The translations under genes were made by a program, and so were the position numbers. 47,858 nt of DNA from a virus. Positions 30,001-38,873 of the stretch are shown here, piece by piece. The stretch covers positions 1 to 47,858 of the IMG/VR virus record IMGVR_UViG_3300003309_000009; one strand, 5' to 3'. Every line of letters begins with the position of its first letter. Within the stretch, counting starts at the first letter, position 1. The notes under the pieces are model-generated. The model saw only the letters and a list, made by a program, of their open reading frames with translations. It was not told the origin of the DNA and searched no databases.

Positions 30001-30063
30001 TTTCCCCAATTTTATAGACATTTAATTCCATACTTTCTATTTATTATAAGTGGGTATAAGACT

Positions 30064-33000
30064 ATGCAAATCCCTACATATCCGTTTGACTCTAGTGGAC
30101 AAAGTTTAGCTAATCGCATTGAAAACGAGGTAGTTGAATTCTCTGTACCTCAGGCACCGGTACTACGATTTAATGGTGGTTTATTTTACACAGATTCTTT
30201 TAATATCGCCACTCAAGCTGATCCCAATACACCCCTAGTCTTGGGGACTGACTTTCAGTTTGCCCTTTTAGATCCTATTGTTGTTACTAAAACAGGTAAA
30301 CCCGCGGCAGCAATGGTTGAGGTTATTGATAGTAATATCACCGGACCGTTTGTTGTAACTTATCAGCTAGTTGGTGGTAAAGAAGGTACAGATAGCATTC
30401 TGATCTCAATGTTAATTGAACAGCTAACCCGTGTTGATAATGGTCAGATCACATGGGATCAGATCGATCCTTCGACAATACCTTCTTCATTTACCCCTGG
30501 AGAACATAACCATGATATTCTGACCGACTTAACTAATCTTCAAGTATTAAGTCACCGCTTAAATGACCTAACCGATGCTTTATTAAGCGCCCGTAAGTTA
30601 AGCAATGTTAAAGCTAATGTAGATGATAATTTCTCTCGAGTCTTTAATCTCGTTGCTGGACTTAGAAAAGACCTTAACCAGATTTCTGTCAATAGTGACT
30701 ACTCTACTCAAATTCAAGCGTTGGCTGATGCTATTACCGATAACTTTAGTACGTATCAGAACTTTGCAACGGCTACGGATGCTAGTCAGGTTGTTCAGAA
30801 TAACGCCATTAATGGTCTAGATTTACGTGTCACTGATATCGAGGAAAATGGCACAGGCATTGAATCGGTAGATCAATCTTCCGGGGCGATGAATGTTTAT
30901 GTTCCTAAAAGTGATTTAGTCGACCAAGGGGTAGTGGATACGACAATTGATAGACGTCGTTATAACTTAGCCGAAACTATCCGTCAGATTTCACAATTAG
31001 TAACGCCGCCGTTGAATGATGATACGTATCTATTAATCGGTGACATGCAGTATTCATATCGCGTTGATGGTAGTTCATCTATTATTGCTAGTGGTGGTGC
31101 TGGACAGCATGCCGACAACCCCTCCTTTTACAAAGAACCTTCTGGTCCTGTAACGGGTCATACGTTATCAGCTGATCAAACAGAACTACCATTTCATACA
31201 GCGATTGAATGGCCTAATGAGTTCACCCCACCTGCCGGTGAAACGGATACAATTACCTTTGGTTTTTACTTTGATAAAAATGATATCAGTGAAGACTTTT
31301 ATCTATTAAACAAAGATCCGGTTTCAAATAACAATCCAGCGGGTGCTATCTGGTATGACGTTAGTACTGATCGCATTAACTTTGCACCGACGAATGGCTC
31401 ATCTAGTCAGGTGACGATGGTCAACGCTGGTGATATCTATCTAGTAGTTTATAGTGTTAAATTTCAAAATGCTATTGATGAATTGGCCAATGATCTATCA
31501 GACATTCGTGTGGCTGAGTATCGCATTACCGTTTATGATGATTCGGCTAATAGATTAGGTAGTTATCGTAGTACGAGTACTACCAAGGATGCGAAGTGGC
31601 TCCTAGAGCAAAACTCTTCTAAGTATACGGGTCGTCGCGGTAGCTTTAATGGGTCAGGTAGTATGATCCTTTATAATGTCATGGTATTTAATGAAGCCAT
31701 TACTCATAGAACGGTAGCGGGGTTACTTCGTTATCAGAAAAAACAATCAATGGATCTCGCATCAGTAAATGCGGTAAGTGGTGCTCGTGATTTTATCACC
31801 CGTCTCTATGCTAATAAAATAGCAAAATCCATTGATGAGTATGCTTCAACCCTACCCGTTTCTGAACAGACAGAACGTAAGAAATATATTCTTAACAAAA
31901 TGGCTGGATTGAAGAATGGTCTTAAGGTACCTTTGACTAACACTGATGTGGATGACAATGGCCTCTTTTATCTTCAGTTAACTACGGAAGAGTTATTTAG
32001 AGACATTACTCTATCGCATATCACAGATATCAATGGTATTAGATCAATCTTGTCTGATATCTCTGTCACCAATGATGGGGAGATCTTAGTCTCTTATGGT
32101 AGCATTAATCAATACGACACTGATATTAACTCTGAACAGGCAAACTATGCTAAGCTAGAGGCTGGCACGGTAGTATCCGTTTATCCTATTCTAGCGGGTG
32201 CATCGGGCGGTGGCTTCTCCATCGGTCATGAATCCCCGCTACCATGGGCCGTTGTGACTGATGGCTTAGATGTTAGTAATATATTAACCAATGCCATCGA
32301 TAGTAATAACAGTGATGATATTAAGTTACCGGAGCGTATTATTGCCGTTACGGCAACTGCTGAAGGAACACCTATTGTTATCCAGGAAAATAAGGATAAC
32401 AGTGATCTAGGTTCTGAAAATGAATATGATATACTCTATAGCATCTCAGAAGCCAAGATGCGAGTAGCCGATCACATTGGCCAAGCTTTTGTTAAAAATG
32501 CTTACAGTAAGAAACAGCGCTGGTCATCTGGTATTCGATCTAACTTAATTGATCGCTTTGCAGATGTTAATATTACCCAGGGGGAAGACTATTATAAGTT
32601 TAGCCCGACCTCATTAGATGTTGGTCGCGGACTTCTTGTAGTTTCTCATAAACATATGCCGGGTACCGATATTAACAGTAACTCTGTACCTGCGCTAGTT
32701 ATCTATGGGGAAGTAAGTGGAACCAATGCTTTCAATTATGAAGGTCTGCTTAAAAACACCCTGTCTGATAAAGAGAGACTGTTGGATCTAACATCTCCAT
32801 TTAACAATGGGTTAGTATCTTCTGTTTTAGGTAAAGCTGAGCGTAAGTATGCTAAGGTCGCCACTGTTAGCATGGGTACCAACGGTAATCATGTGGGCAT
32901 TCCCATTGGTCATGTAGTTCACAAGATCTGTATCTTACCCACGGAGCTAGATTATGGTTTCCGTGCAATGATCTTAACCTATAAGACTAGTGGTCGTATG

Positions 33001-34353
33001 GTTTATCTGGTAGAGTTTAATCTAACAGATATCGAAAACATTACTACTGATATCCTAGCATCTTATTCAGTGGGACCAGAGGTTGGTACATGGGACCAGG
33101 AGACAGTAGAACGCTGGCATACGCTATCTATCAACCCGGAGTTAGGTGCCGGTCTAGCGGTGTCACACCCTAGTCATGATAAAATGGGTGGTTGGATGTG
33201 GACTGCCTTCGGCGGATCTATTATCGAACAAGATGATATTGGTGTTATAGCAGAAGTCGGTAGTACTCTTAAACTCACTAAGCAATATGGTAGTGATAAA
33301 GTAGGTGTTACTGAACCTGAGGATAATGCTATTGTCACTGTATCTCGAGTACTTAGTAAAGATAGTGTCCTTGTTTATGAACCAGTTCCTAAGATGCTAC
33401 GCATTGATCACCGTGATGCTAATGGTGGTTTATATCAGCAGCTGGATGGTCGTATTATTGCCACTGTGGTTTCTAAGAAAAAGATGGCGTTGACTAACAT
33501 TGAAGGACGTAATGTTTGGCGTCGTCATGGAACCCCACCTACAATGCAGAGGTTAACTGAGACCGGTGATTATCCAGCGAATAATTACATGGATGGATAT
33601 AGAAGTGATACTTCATTAACCAATCTGTATACCACTCAGGACTTTGGTCCGTACGATATTGGTGATAGTAGCCATCCTTGGGATACGGGACCGGCTGTGC
33701 CAACGTATATGAATGGCGAAGTTAATTTCATGGGTAAATCAGAGTTCACCCCAATCAACGGCTGGGCGTTCGCACCGAATTTACCATATATTAACGATAT
33801 GACATTTAACAGTGGAGCGGGCTCCTATGAGTACAACAGTGTTAGTGGTCAATGGGAGAACATTGCCTTCGGTATAGAAGTACTTGCACTTGAAGATGAA
33901 AATCTACCAGAAACCATTAGTGCTAATATGAGTAGTGCTGGACAGTCTACCGCTGTTCAGGATGCCATCGCTAATAACCACGAATATATCGTTTGGTTTG
34001 GTTTACACAACAGCAATGCCGTTCCTACCTTTGGTACATTTGCTGGTGATGATAGCGCTCATAATGAAATGGTAATTGCTATTGGTACAGATGGTAAGAA
34101 CATCTACTATAAGGCCAGTAACTTTATCTTCATTGAACACGATGGTTACTCACCAAAGACGGTCTTTAATATTCGACATACTACCAATGGACTAACTGGT
34201 ACGAATGGAGATATTGAATTCTTAAAAGATGGCGAGATCGTCACAGCTATCACTGGTCAGACTGCCCCGTTTAATAACATACCTGTTGTTTGTCTGGGTG
34301 CTAAGACCAAAGGGTTTGTTAAAGATATCATTTTGCAAATGAAAAAGGAATAG
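30064..34353 (+). CDS. Large tail fibre protein, anchor type C
   Basis: 1429 aa; N-terminal ~210 aa paralogous to 19565 (TYQxVGGxEG, PxEHxH, TDLTN); LamG-like segment. Confidence 0.8.
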   Translation: MQIPTYPFDSSGQSLANRIENEVVEFSVPQAPVLRFNGGLFYTDSFNIATQADPNTPLVLGTDFQFALLDPIVVTKTGKPAAAMVEVIDSNITGPFVVTYQLVGGKEGTDSILISMLIEQLTRVDNGQITWDQIDPSTIPSSFTPGEHNHDILTDLTNLQVLSHRLNDLTDALLSARKLSNVKANVDDNFSRVFNLVAGLRKDLNQISVNSDYSTQIQALADAITDNFSTYQNFATATDASQVVQNNAINGLDLRVTDIEENGTGIESVDQSSGAMNVYVPKSDLVDQGVVDTTIDRRRYNLAETIRQISQLVTPPLNDDTYLLIGDMQYSYRVDGSSSIIASGGAGQHADNPSFYKEPSGPVTGHTLSADQTELPFHTAIEWPNEFTPPAGETDTITFGFYFDKNDISEDFYLLNKDPVSNNNPAGAIWYDVSTDRINFAPTNGSSSQVTMVNAGDIYLVVYSVKFQNAIDELANDLSDIRVAEYRITVYDDSANRLGSYRSTSTTKDAKWLLEQNSSKYTGRRGSFNGSGSMILYNVMVFNEAITHRTVAGLLRYQKKQSMDLASVNAVSGARDFITRLYANKIAKSIDEYASTLPVSEQTERKKYILNKMAGLKNGLKVPLTNTDVDDNGLFYLQLTTEELFRDITLSHITDINGIRSILSDISVTNDGEILVSYGSINQYDTDINSEQANYAKLEAGTVVSVYPILAGASGGGFSIGHESPLPWAVVTDGLDVSNILTNAIDSNNSDDIKLPERIIAVTATAEGTPIVIQENKDNSDLGSENEYDILYSISEAKMRVADHIGQAFVKNAYSKKQRWSSGIRSNLIDRFADVNITQGEDYYKFSPTSLDVGRGLLVVSHKHMPGTDINSNSVPALVIYGEVSGTNAFNYEGLLKNTLSDKERLLDLTSPFNNGLVSSVLGKAERKYAKVATVSMGTNGNHVGIPIGHVVHKICILPTELDYGFRAMILTYKTSGRMVYLVEFNLTDIENITTDILASYSVGPEVGTWDQETVERWHTLSINPELGAGLAVSHPSHDKMGGWMWTAFGGSIIEQDDIGVIAEVGSTLKLTKQYGSDKVGVTEPEDNAIVTVSRVLSKDSVLVYEPVPKMLRIDHRDANGGLYQQLDGRIIATVVSKKKMALTNIEGRNVWRRHGTPPTMQRLTETGDYPANNYMDGYRSDTSLTNLYTTQDFGPYDIGDSSHPWDTGPAVPTYMNGEVNFMGKSEFTPINGWAFAPNLPYINDMTFNSGAGSYEYNSVSGQWENIAFGIEVLALEDENLPETISANMSSAGQSTAVQDAIANNHEYIVWFGLHNSNAVPTFGTFAGDDSAHNEMVIAIGTDGKNIYYKASNFIFIEHDGYSPKTVFNIRHTTNGLTGTNGDIEFLKDGEIVTAITGQTAPFNNIPVVCLGAKTKGFVKDIILQMKKE

Positions 34354-34363
34354 TCCAACTATA

Positions 34364-34389
34364 AGAGAGAGTCCCTAGGGACTCTCTCT
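34364..34389 (+). terminator. Terminator-like perfect 26-bp palindrome
   Basis: AGAGAGAGTCCCTAGGGACTCTCTCT. Confidence 0.8.
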
Positions 34390-34466
34390 ATTCAAGGCAA
34401 TTCTATATCTGAAGGAAATCATAAATTTTAATAATTAATAAACTCTTCGTTAAGGGGGACTTTAAC

Positions 34467-34952
34467 ATGCGAGAAATACGTGTACATTTCCACAGATCTT
34501 CTACCTTAATGAGTCGTCTAATTCAATGGCGCACTGGAAGCATTTACTCACATGTTTCTGTAGAGATAAAAGATCACTATTACCACGCTTTCATTGAGCG
34601 AGCATTCTTTAAAACAAAGGAACGCTATAGTGACATCGCACTATCTTTTGGTCTTAAGGTTTCTGAAGAAACGTTAAACCATATTGAGCAACGCTTAGAT
34701 GAGAAACTAGGTACCAAGTATGACTTAAAGTCATTATTCGGTTTTGTTATCAATGCTAAGCGTCAGAACAAAGATCGTTTGTTCTGTTCTGAAGTTGCTC
34801 TTATTGCCCTTGAGGAGATACTGGGAGTATCGCTACGAGGCAAACGCTTACTATCACCAGGTGACATCGCACTAATCTGTCAAACAGTTTACATCGCTCA
34901 ATTTAGTGATGGTGTACTGGGTAATGTAACGCGAACCGAACACACTGAATAA
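34467..34952 (+). CDS. Permuted papain-like NlpC/P60 enzyme (YiiX/YebB-like)
   Basis: SRLIQWRT.SIYSHV (His) ... GTKYD ... LFCSE (Cys) ... LSPGD: His-before-Cys permuted order. Confidence 0.85.
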   Translation: MREIRVHFHRSSTLMSRLIQWRTGSIYSHVSVEIKDHYYHAFIERAFFKTKERYSDIALSFGLKVSEETLNHIEQRLDEKLGTKYDLKSLFGFVINAKRQNKDRLFCSEVALIALEEILGVSLRGKRLLSPGDIALICQTVYIAQFSDGVLGNVTRTEHTE

Positions 34953-34958
34953 TATTTA

Positions 34959-34994
34959 GGGATAGCTATATGGTAGAATCCATATAGCTATCCC
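34959..34994 (+). terminator. Stem-loop, probable terminator
   Basis: 15-bp perfect stem, 6-nt loop. Confidence 0.75.
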
Positions 34995-35082
34995 GGTATT
35001 TTCTAATTTATGGATATTGGAGGTGAAAATACCATATTCAGTGTTTTATTAAACTAAGAAGTAATGGGGTAAATACCTAACT

Positions 35083-35841
35083 ATGAACAAAGATCGTTTT
35101 ACTATTAATGAATCTGAAGAGATGGCATATGCTGTATTTCAACACGCATGTTTTAGTCATCATAAAGAAATAGTGGATCTTTTAAATACTGATCTAAACA
35201 TTCTTGATCTTGATAGACATCCGTGGACATTTACACGAGGGTTTAAGCTAGCGCGTGATTACTATGGTAGACACAATGATGAAAACATCCTTGTGGCAAC
35301 TATTTATTTCGAATACATCCGTGCTGATGATAATGACCCATCAAGTAGACTAACCGGGGTTCGTAAAAAGATAGATTTCTATCTATTTGATAAAGATGAA
35401 GAAGGGAATCAAATTGTTGGTGCAACTAAAGATATTACTAAAGAATATCTTGCTAAAGATTTAAAAGGAATTGAGCGCGCAGCACGTCAAGGACAGATGG
35501 ATTATATGGAATCATTTGGTGAAATGGTTCCAGCAATGAAACCATATCTTGATAGTCTCTTTACTTATTTTGATGCCGATATTAGAACTTACATTGAGCG
35601 TGGAACAAGTAGTTTGAATGATCGAATTATGCAAATGGCAACATCTGCTTCAGATGATCCAGCATACCAACAAATTCAGGGCATCTTACATGCACCTACC
35701 CGTGATCCTGCTACAGACCCATTGTGGGATGAAGATTTTATTCTCACTACTGGTAACGCTATTGTTTTCCAGATCACCGGAAAATATGTTCAAGAATATA
35801 TGACCGCTGGTCAGAACATTAGTGATTATAAGTCGTACTAA
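35083..35841 (+). CDS. Hypothetical protein
   Basis: 252-aa ORF in the tail module. Confidence 0.8.
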   Translation: MNKDRFTINESEEMAYAVFQHACFSHHKEIVDLLNTDLNILDLDRHPWTFTRGFKLARDYYGRHNDENILVATIYFEYIRADDNDPSSRLTGVRKKIDFYLFDKDEEGNQIVGATKDITKEYLAKDLKGIERAARQGQMDYMESFGEMVPAMKPYLDSLFTYFDADIRTYIERGTSSLNDRIMQMATSASDDPAYQQIQGILHAPTRDPATDPLWDEDFILTTGNAIVFQITGKYVQEYMTAGQNISDYKSY

Positions 35842-35856
35842 TAGGAGGGTATTGAA

Positions 35857-36756
35857 ATGAACAATAAAAGAGCACCTAAGTTAAACAGTCGTGTTCATCT
35901 AGTATCTGCTAGAAAACAACTTACAAGGTTAATCCAGGATGATGGTGACGATAGAGTAGGTCTAGCCACTAAACCTTATATTGGTGTAACATCTGGTGAG
36001 TTAAAAGCACCTGCTGGTGCATTTGCCTTTAAACTTATCTTAGATGATTGTGGTAATATTGATGATGAGACTGAGTTTTTCTTTGAAGGAGCTGAGAATC
36101 ATGAAATCATTATTGCCGAAGTTGAGGTTGTCAATCCTCGTAAAGTGATACTTCATGTCACCACCAAAAATATAGCCGGTAAATTTAGACTTCGTGCTAT
36201 CAACGTAGACTCAATTGATTTTGGTGAGATTTACATTCAGGTGATTAAAGCAAACATCATGATACCTGGTCACAATGTAGAGTGGAATCAACCAACCCAT
36301 AACACCATTGAGTTGGATGAGGGTCATATGGCCGCGCCTGGTAGTTATGCATGGAGGCACCAAGTTACTATTAACTACAACCCTACGGATAGGGATACTG
36401 TGGTTGAAGGTAGATACCTTGGAAAGGCCAATTCAAAAGGGGCTTCATCGTATATGATGGTCGGCCTTGATAGTAATCCGACCAATGGCAATTCATACAG
36501 AGATATGGATTATGCACTTTACTTTCGTAACGGTAATGGTGTTTATATTTACGAAAGTGGAAGTAGCAAAGGTAAGAAAGGTGACCTCAAGGAGGGCGAT
36601 CGTTTTGCGATTAAACGTATTGGTGAGGAAGTCTTCTATCTTATCAATGACGTAGTAGTTTATACATCCACCAAAAAGGCCACTGGTCCATTGGGTTTCG
36701 ATAGCAGTATTTATAGAAACACAGCCTTGACAGATGTTAAAGTTACTACTTATTAA
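35857..36756 (+). CDS. Putative virion accessory protein with lectin-like beta-sandwich domain
   Basis: C-terminal half matches the repeats of 23303..29962 (MVGLDSNP...DYALYF...GDRFAIKR..V.YLIN); GGAGG RBS. Confidence 0.7.
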   Translation: MNNKRAPKLNSRVHLVSARKQLTRLIQDDGDDRVGLATKPYIGVTSGELKAPAGAFAFKLILDDCGNIDDETEFFFEGAENHEIIIAEVEVVNPRKVILHVTTKNIAGKFRLRAINVDSIDFGEIYIQVIKANIMIPGHNVEWNQPTHNTIELDEGHMAAPGSYAWRHQVTINYNPTDRDTVVEGRYLGKANSKGASSYMMVGLDSNPTNGNSYRDMDYALYFRNGNGVYIYESGSSKGKKGDLKEGDRFAIKRIGEEVFYLINDVVVYTSTKKATGPLGFDSSIYRNTALTDVKVTTY

Positions 36757-36783
36757 ATAAATTAATAAGAAGGAAAATATGTT

Positions 36784-37281
36784 ATGGCATCACCACGAAT
36801 ATTTTGTGCGCCAGACAGTGAGAATGCCAGGATTCTCGATAAACATCCTGCTGAAAGCCCGATGTTACTTCTAACTAATTTACCACCAGAACCAGAAGTT
36901 ATCCGTTGTACTAAAGGGGATTGGGAGCGTGAATACGTTGCTGTCCCTAACGGATCTTCAACACAAAATGTTGATTTTGGTGGTGATGTTAAAACATATA
37001 GCGTAGGTCGATGGGTGCCTAGACCACTTACGGAATATGAAATTAAGTTAGAGGGATTTGAATTTGAAAATGTAATGTGTAGTGGCTTAGCGGAGGATTC
37101 TTTCGGTCTAGCTGCCGTTCAGGATTTTGTTTTAGCGGGGAATCCAATTCCGTTTGAGTTTTTAAATGGTAACAAACTAGTATTACATGCAGGTAACTTC
37201 GTTGCATTTGTTACAGCTTTTGCAACATTCCGTCAGTCATTCTTCCCACTTTCTGAGGAAGATATTGCTAACTTACCGTAA
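36784..37281 (+). CDS. Putative tail fibre assembly-associated protein
   Basis: C-terminal GFEFENVMCS...NGNKLVL...FRQSFF resembles fibre-adjacent proteins of gammaproteobacterial phages (recall). Confidence 0.55.
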   Translation: MASPRIFCAPDSENARILDKHPAESPMLLLTNLPPEPEVIRCTKGDWEREYVAVPNGSSTQNVDFGGDVKTYSVGRWVPRPLTEYEIKLEGFEFENVMCSGLAEDSFGLAAVQDFVLAGNPIPFEFLNGNKLVLHAGNFVAFVTAFATFRQSFFPLSEEDIANLP

Positions 37282-37291
37282 GGAGAATAAT

Positions 37292-37873
37292 GTGAAACTT
37301 TTTAAAATGTTCTCCAAGGCATGGAGAAAAGAAAGTGCTAAACATGATGGTGAGATTGATCAGTTAAAAAGTGATTTGGTGGAGCTTAATGAAATTGCTG
37401 AACAGGTGTCTGACTTAACAGAGTTAAATAATCTCATCACAGCGGTTTCTGATCGAATTGATGCTTATGACGCTACACCGACCGGTGCACTTTATTTTGA
37501 TTATCTAACTTTGGGACAACGTGCAGCAGATGCTGATCTGAATACCCACAGCAGTATTACAATTAATACAACCCGTATCATTGATGCTGGGTACATCACC
37601 CACCCTTATAACGGTGATGGTTTTGAAAACTACAACTTCCAAGTTTGGATGGAAGTGTGGGGTGGTAATAAAGGATGGATTAGGGCTTCTATAGCTAATC
37701 AAAAAGGAATCTACTGTGTGTTCAATGAAACCACCAATGAGATAGAAATCTCTACCGGTAAAAAGCACATTGCAGGTGCTTCCAATAGTCCAGCTGCACC
37801 AAATTCAAAGAACGTTAAAACAGCACCGTGTAGATTGGGCATCCAGTTCTATAGTCGTCGTGCAACAACATAA
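37292..37873 (+). CDS. Short fibre-tip-like protein
   Basis: GTG at 37292 with AAGGAG RBS; N-terminal coiled coil; ends IEISTG...TAPCRL like some fibre tip domains. Confidence 0.6.
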   Translation: MKLFKMFSKAWRKESAKHDGEIDQLKSDLVELNEIAEQVSDLTELNNLITAVSDRIDAYDATPTGALYFDYLTLGQRAADADLNTHSSITINTTRIIDAGYITHPYNGDGFENYNFQVWMEVWGGNKGWIRASIANQKGIYCVFNETTNEIEISTGKKHIAGASNSPAAPNSKNVKTAPCRLGIQFYSRRATT

Positions 37874-37886
37874 AGGTTTTTAAATC

Positions 37887-38375
37887 ATGGGAAGTTTTCC
37901 AGAAAAAGACTCTATTCGCTGGAGAGATACTCTTCGTAAAATTGTTAAAGCGTACTTAGACGGTACACTTGGTGGTAGTGGTGGTTCTGGTATCGCTACT
38001 CAGGGTTTCGTTGATGGTGCATTAAAGCCATCAAATCATCCTGGCAGAGGATTTGTAGGTATTAGTTTACCCCCTTCTACATTCGGTAGTACCACAGCTA
38101 TTGTCTTAGAATTTGATACTTTAGTTACCGAGCTGAACATTACATCGGCAATGTCAACACCTTGTAGTTTTCGAGTAGCTCCGGTAGACTCTAGTGGTAA
38201 CCCTAGCTCAGATGCCGAATCGCTATTCTGGTCAGTTGAGGTGACAGATATTAATGCCCACATTAATAATGCAGACACACCACCTGCACCTAATGACATT
38301 GATTTCTATTTTCAAGGCACTTATACCTCAGGTACTACGTCTAGTGGAGGTGGTGGTGGAGGCACTATCATCTAA
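37887..38375 (+). CDS. Hypothetical Gly/Ser-rich protein
   Basis: 162-aa ORF with AAGG RBS; Gly linkers. Confidence 0.75.
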   Translation: MGSFPEKDSIRWRDTLRKIVKAYLDGTLGGSGGSGIATQGFVDGALKPSNHPGRGFVGISLPPSTFGSTTAIVLEFDTLVTELNITSAMSTPCSFRVAPVDSSGNPSSDAESLFWSVEVTDINAHINNADTPPAPNDIDFYFQGTYTSGTTSSGGGGGGTII

Positions 38376-38377
38376 TT

Positions 38378-38407
38378 ATAATAGAATCCCTTTTGGGATT
38401 CTATTAT
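38378..38407 (+). terminator. Intrinsic terminator
   Basis: ATAATAGAATCCC-TTTT-GGGATTCTATTAT plus TTT. Confidence 0.85.
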
Positions 38408-38481
38408 TTTGCAACCTAGGTTAGCAATCTTATGTTCTAATAATAGAACTAATTTAGCTAAATTAATTTGAGGTAAGACAA

Positions 38482-38847
38482 ATGTCTGAAAAGAAACCAA
38501 ATGCTCTTATGGGCTTTTTACTAGCAATCCAGGGTTACTTCCGTGACGGCAGTTATAAGTCAGATGGTATCCTTGTCGCATTAGCTGGTTTAGTATTGAC
38601 CTATGGTCAACAATGGCTGATGTCGGTTAACATGGAAGAAGTTGCAAGCTTTCGCATCGTGATGGTACTAGCGTTAGCTTCATTATTTCCAATCCTTGGT
38701 CGTATCATCCTGCGTGTTATGGATATGTTAATCGGTGCCAACTTTAAAGAAGACTGGAAATTGATCTCTCCAGAAATTCGAATGCAGTATTACATGGTGC
38801 GATTACTGGCCGTATTTATTGGTATGGCATTAATTATTTCTGGTTAG
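38482..38847 (+). CDS. Membrane protein, holin candidate
   Basis: About three hydrophobic helices; directly upstream of the muralytic enzyme; GAGGT RBS. Confidence 0.65.
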   Translation: MSEKKPNALMGFLLAIQGYFRDGSYKSDGILVALAGLVLTYGQQWLMSVNMEEVASFRIVMVLALASLFPILGRIILRVMDMLIGANFKEDWKLISPEIRMQYYMVRLLAVFIGMALIISG

Positions 38848-38873
38848 ACAACTTAGATTATTCTAACTGAGAT

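Noticed and set aside
37187-37291. Upstream start of the 228-aa ORF
   Set aside because: Overlaps the previous gene by 95 nt; GTG 37292 has a well-spaced AAGGAG.
17252-38375. Diversity-generating retroelement or invertase-driven fibre switching
   Set aside because: No reverse transcriptase, recombinase or template/variable repeat pair seen in the window.
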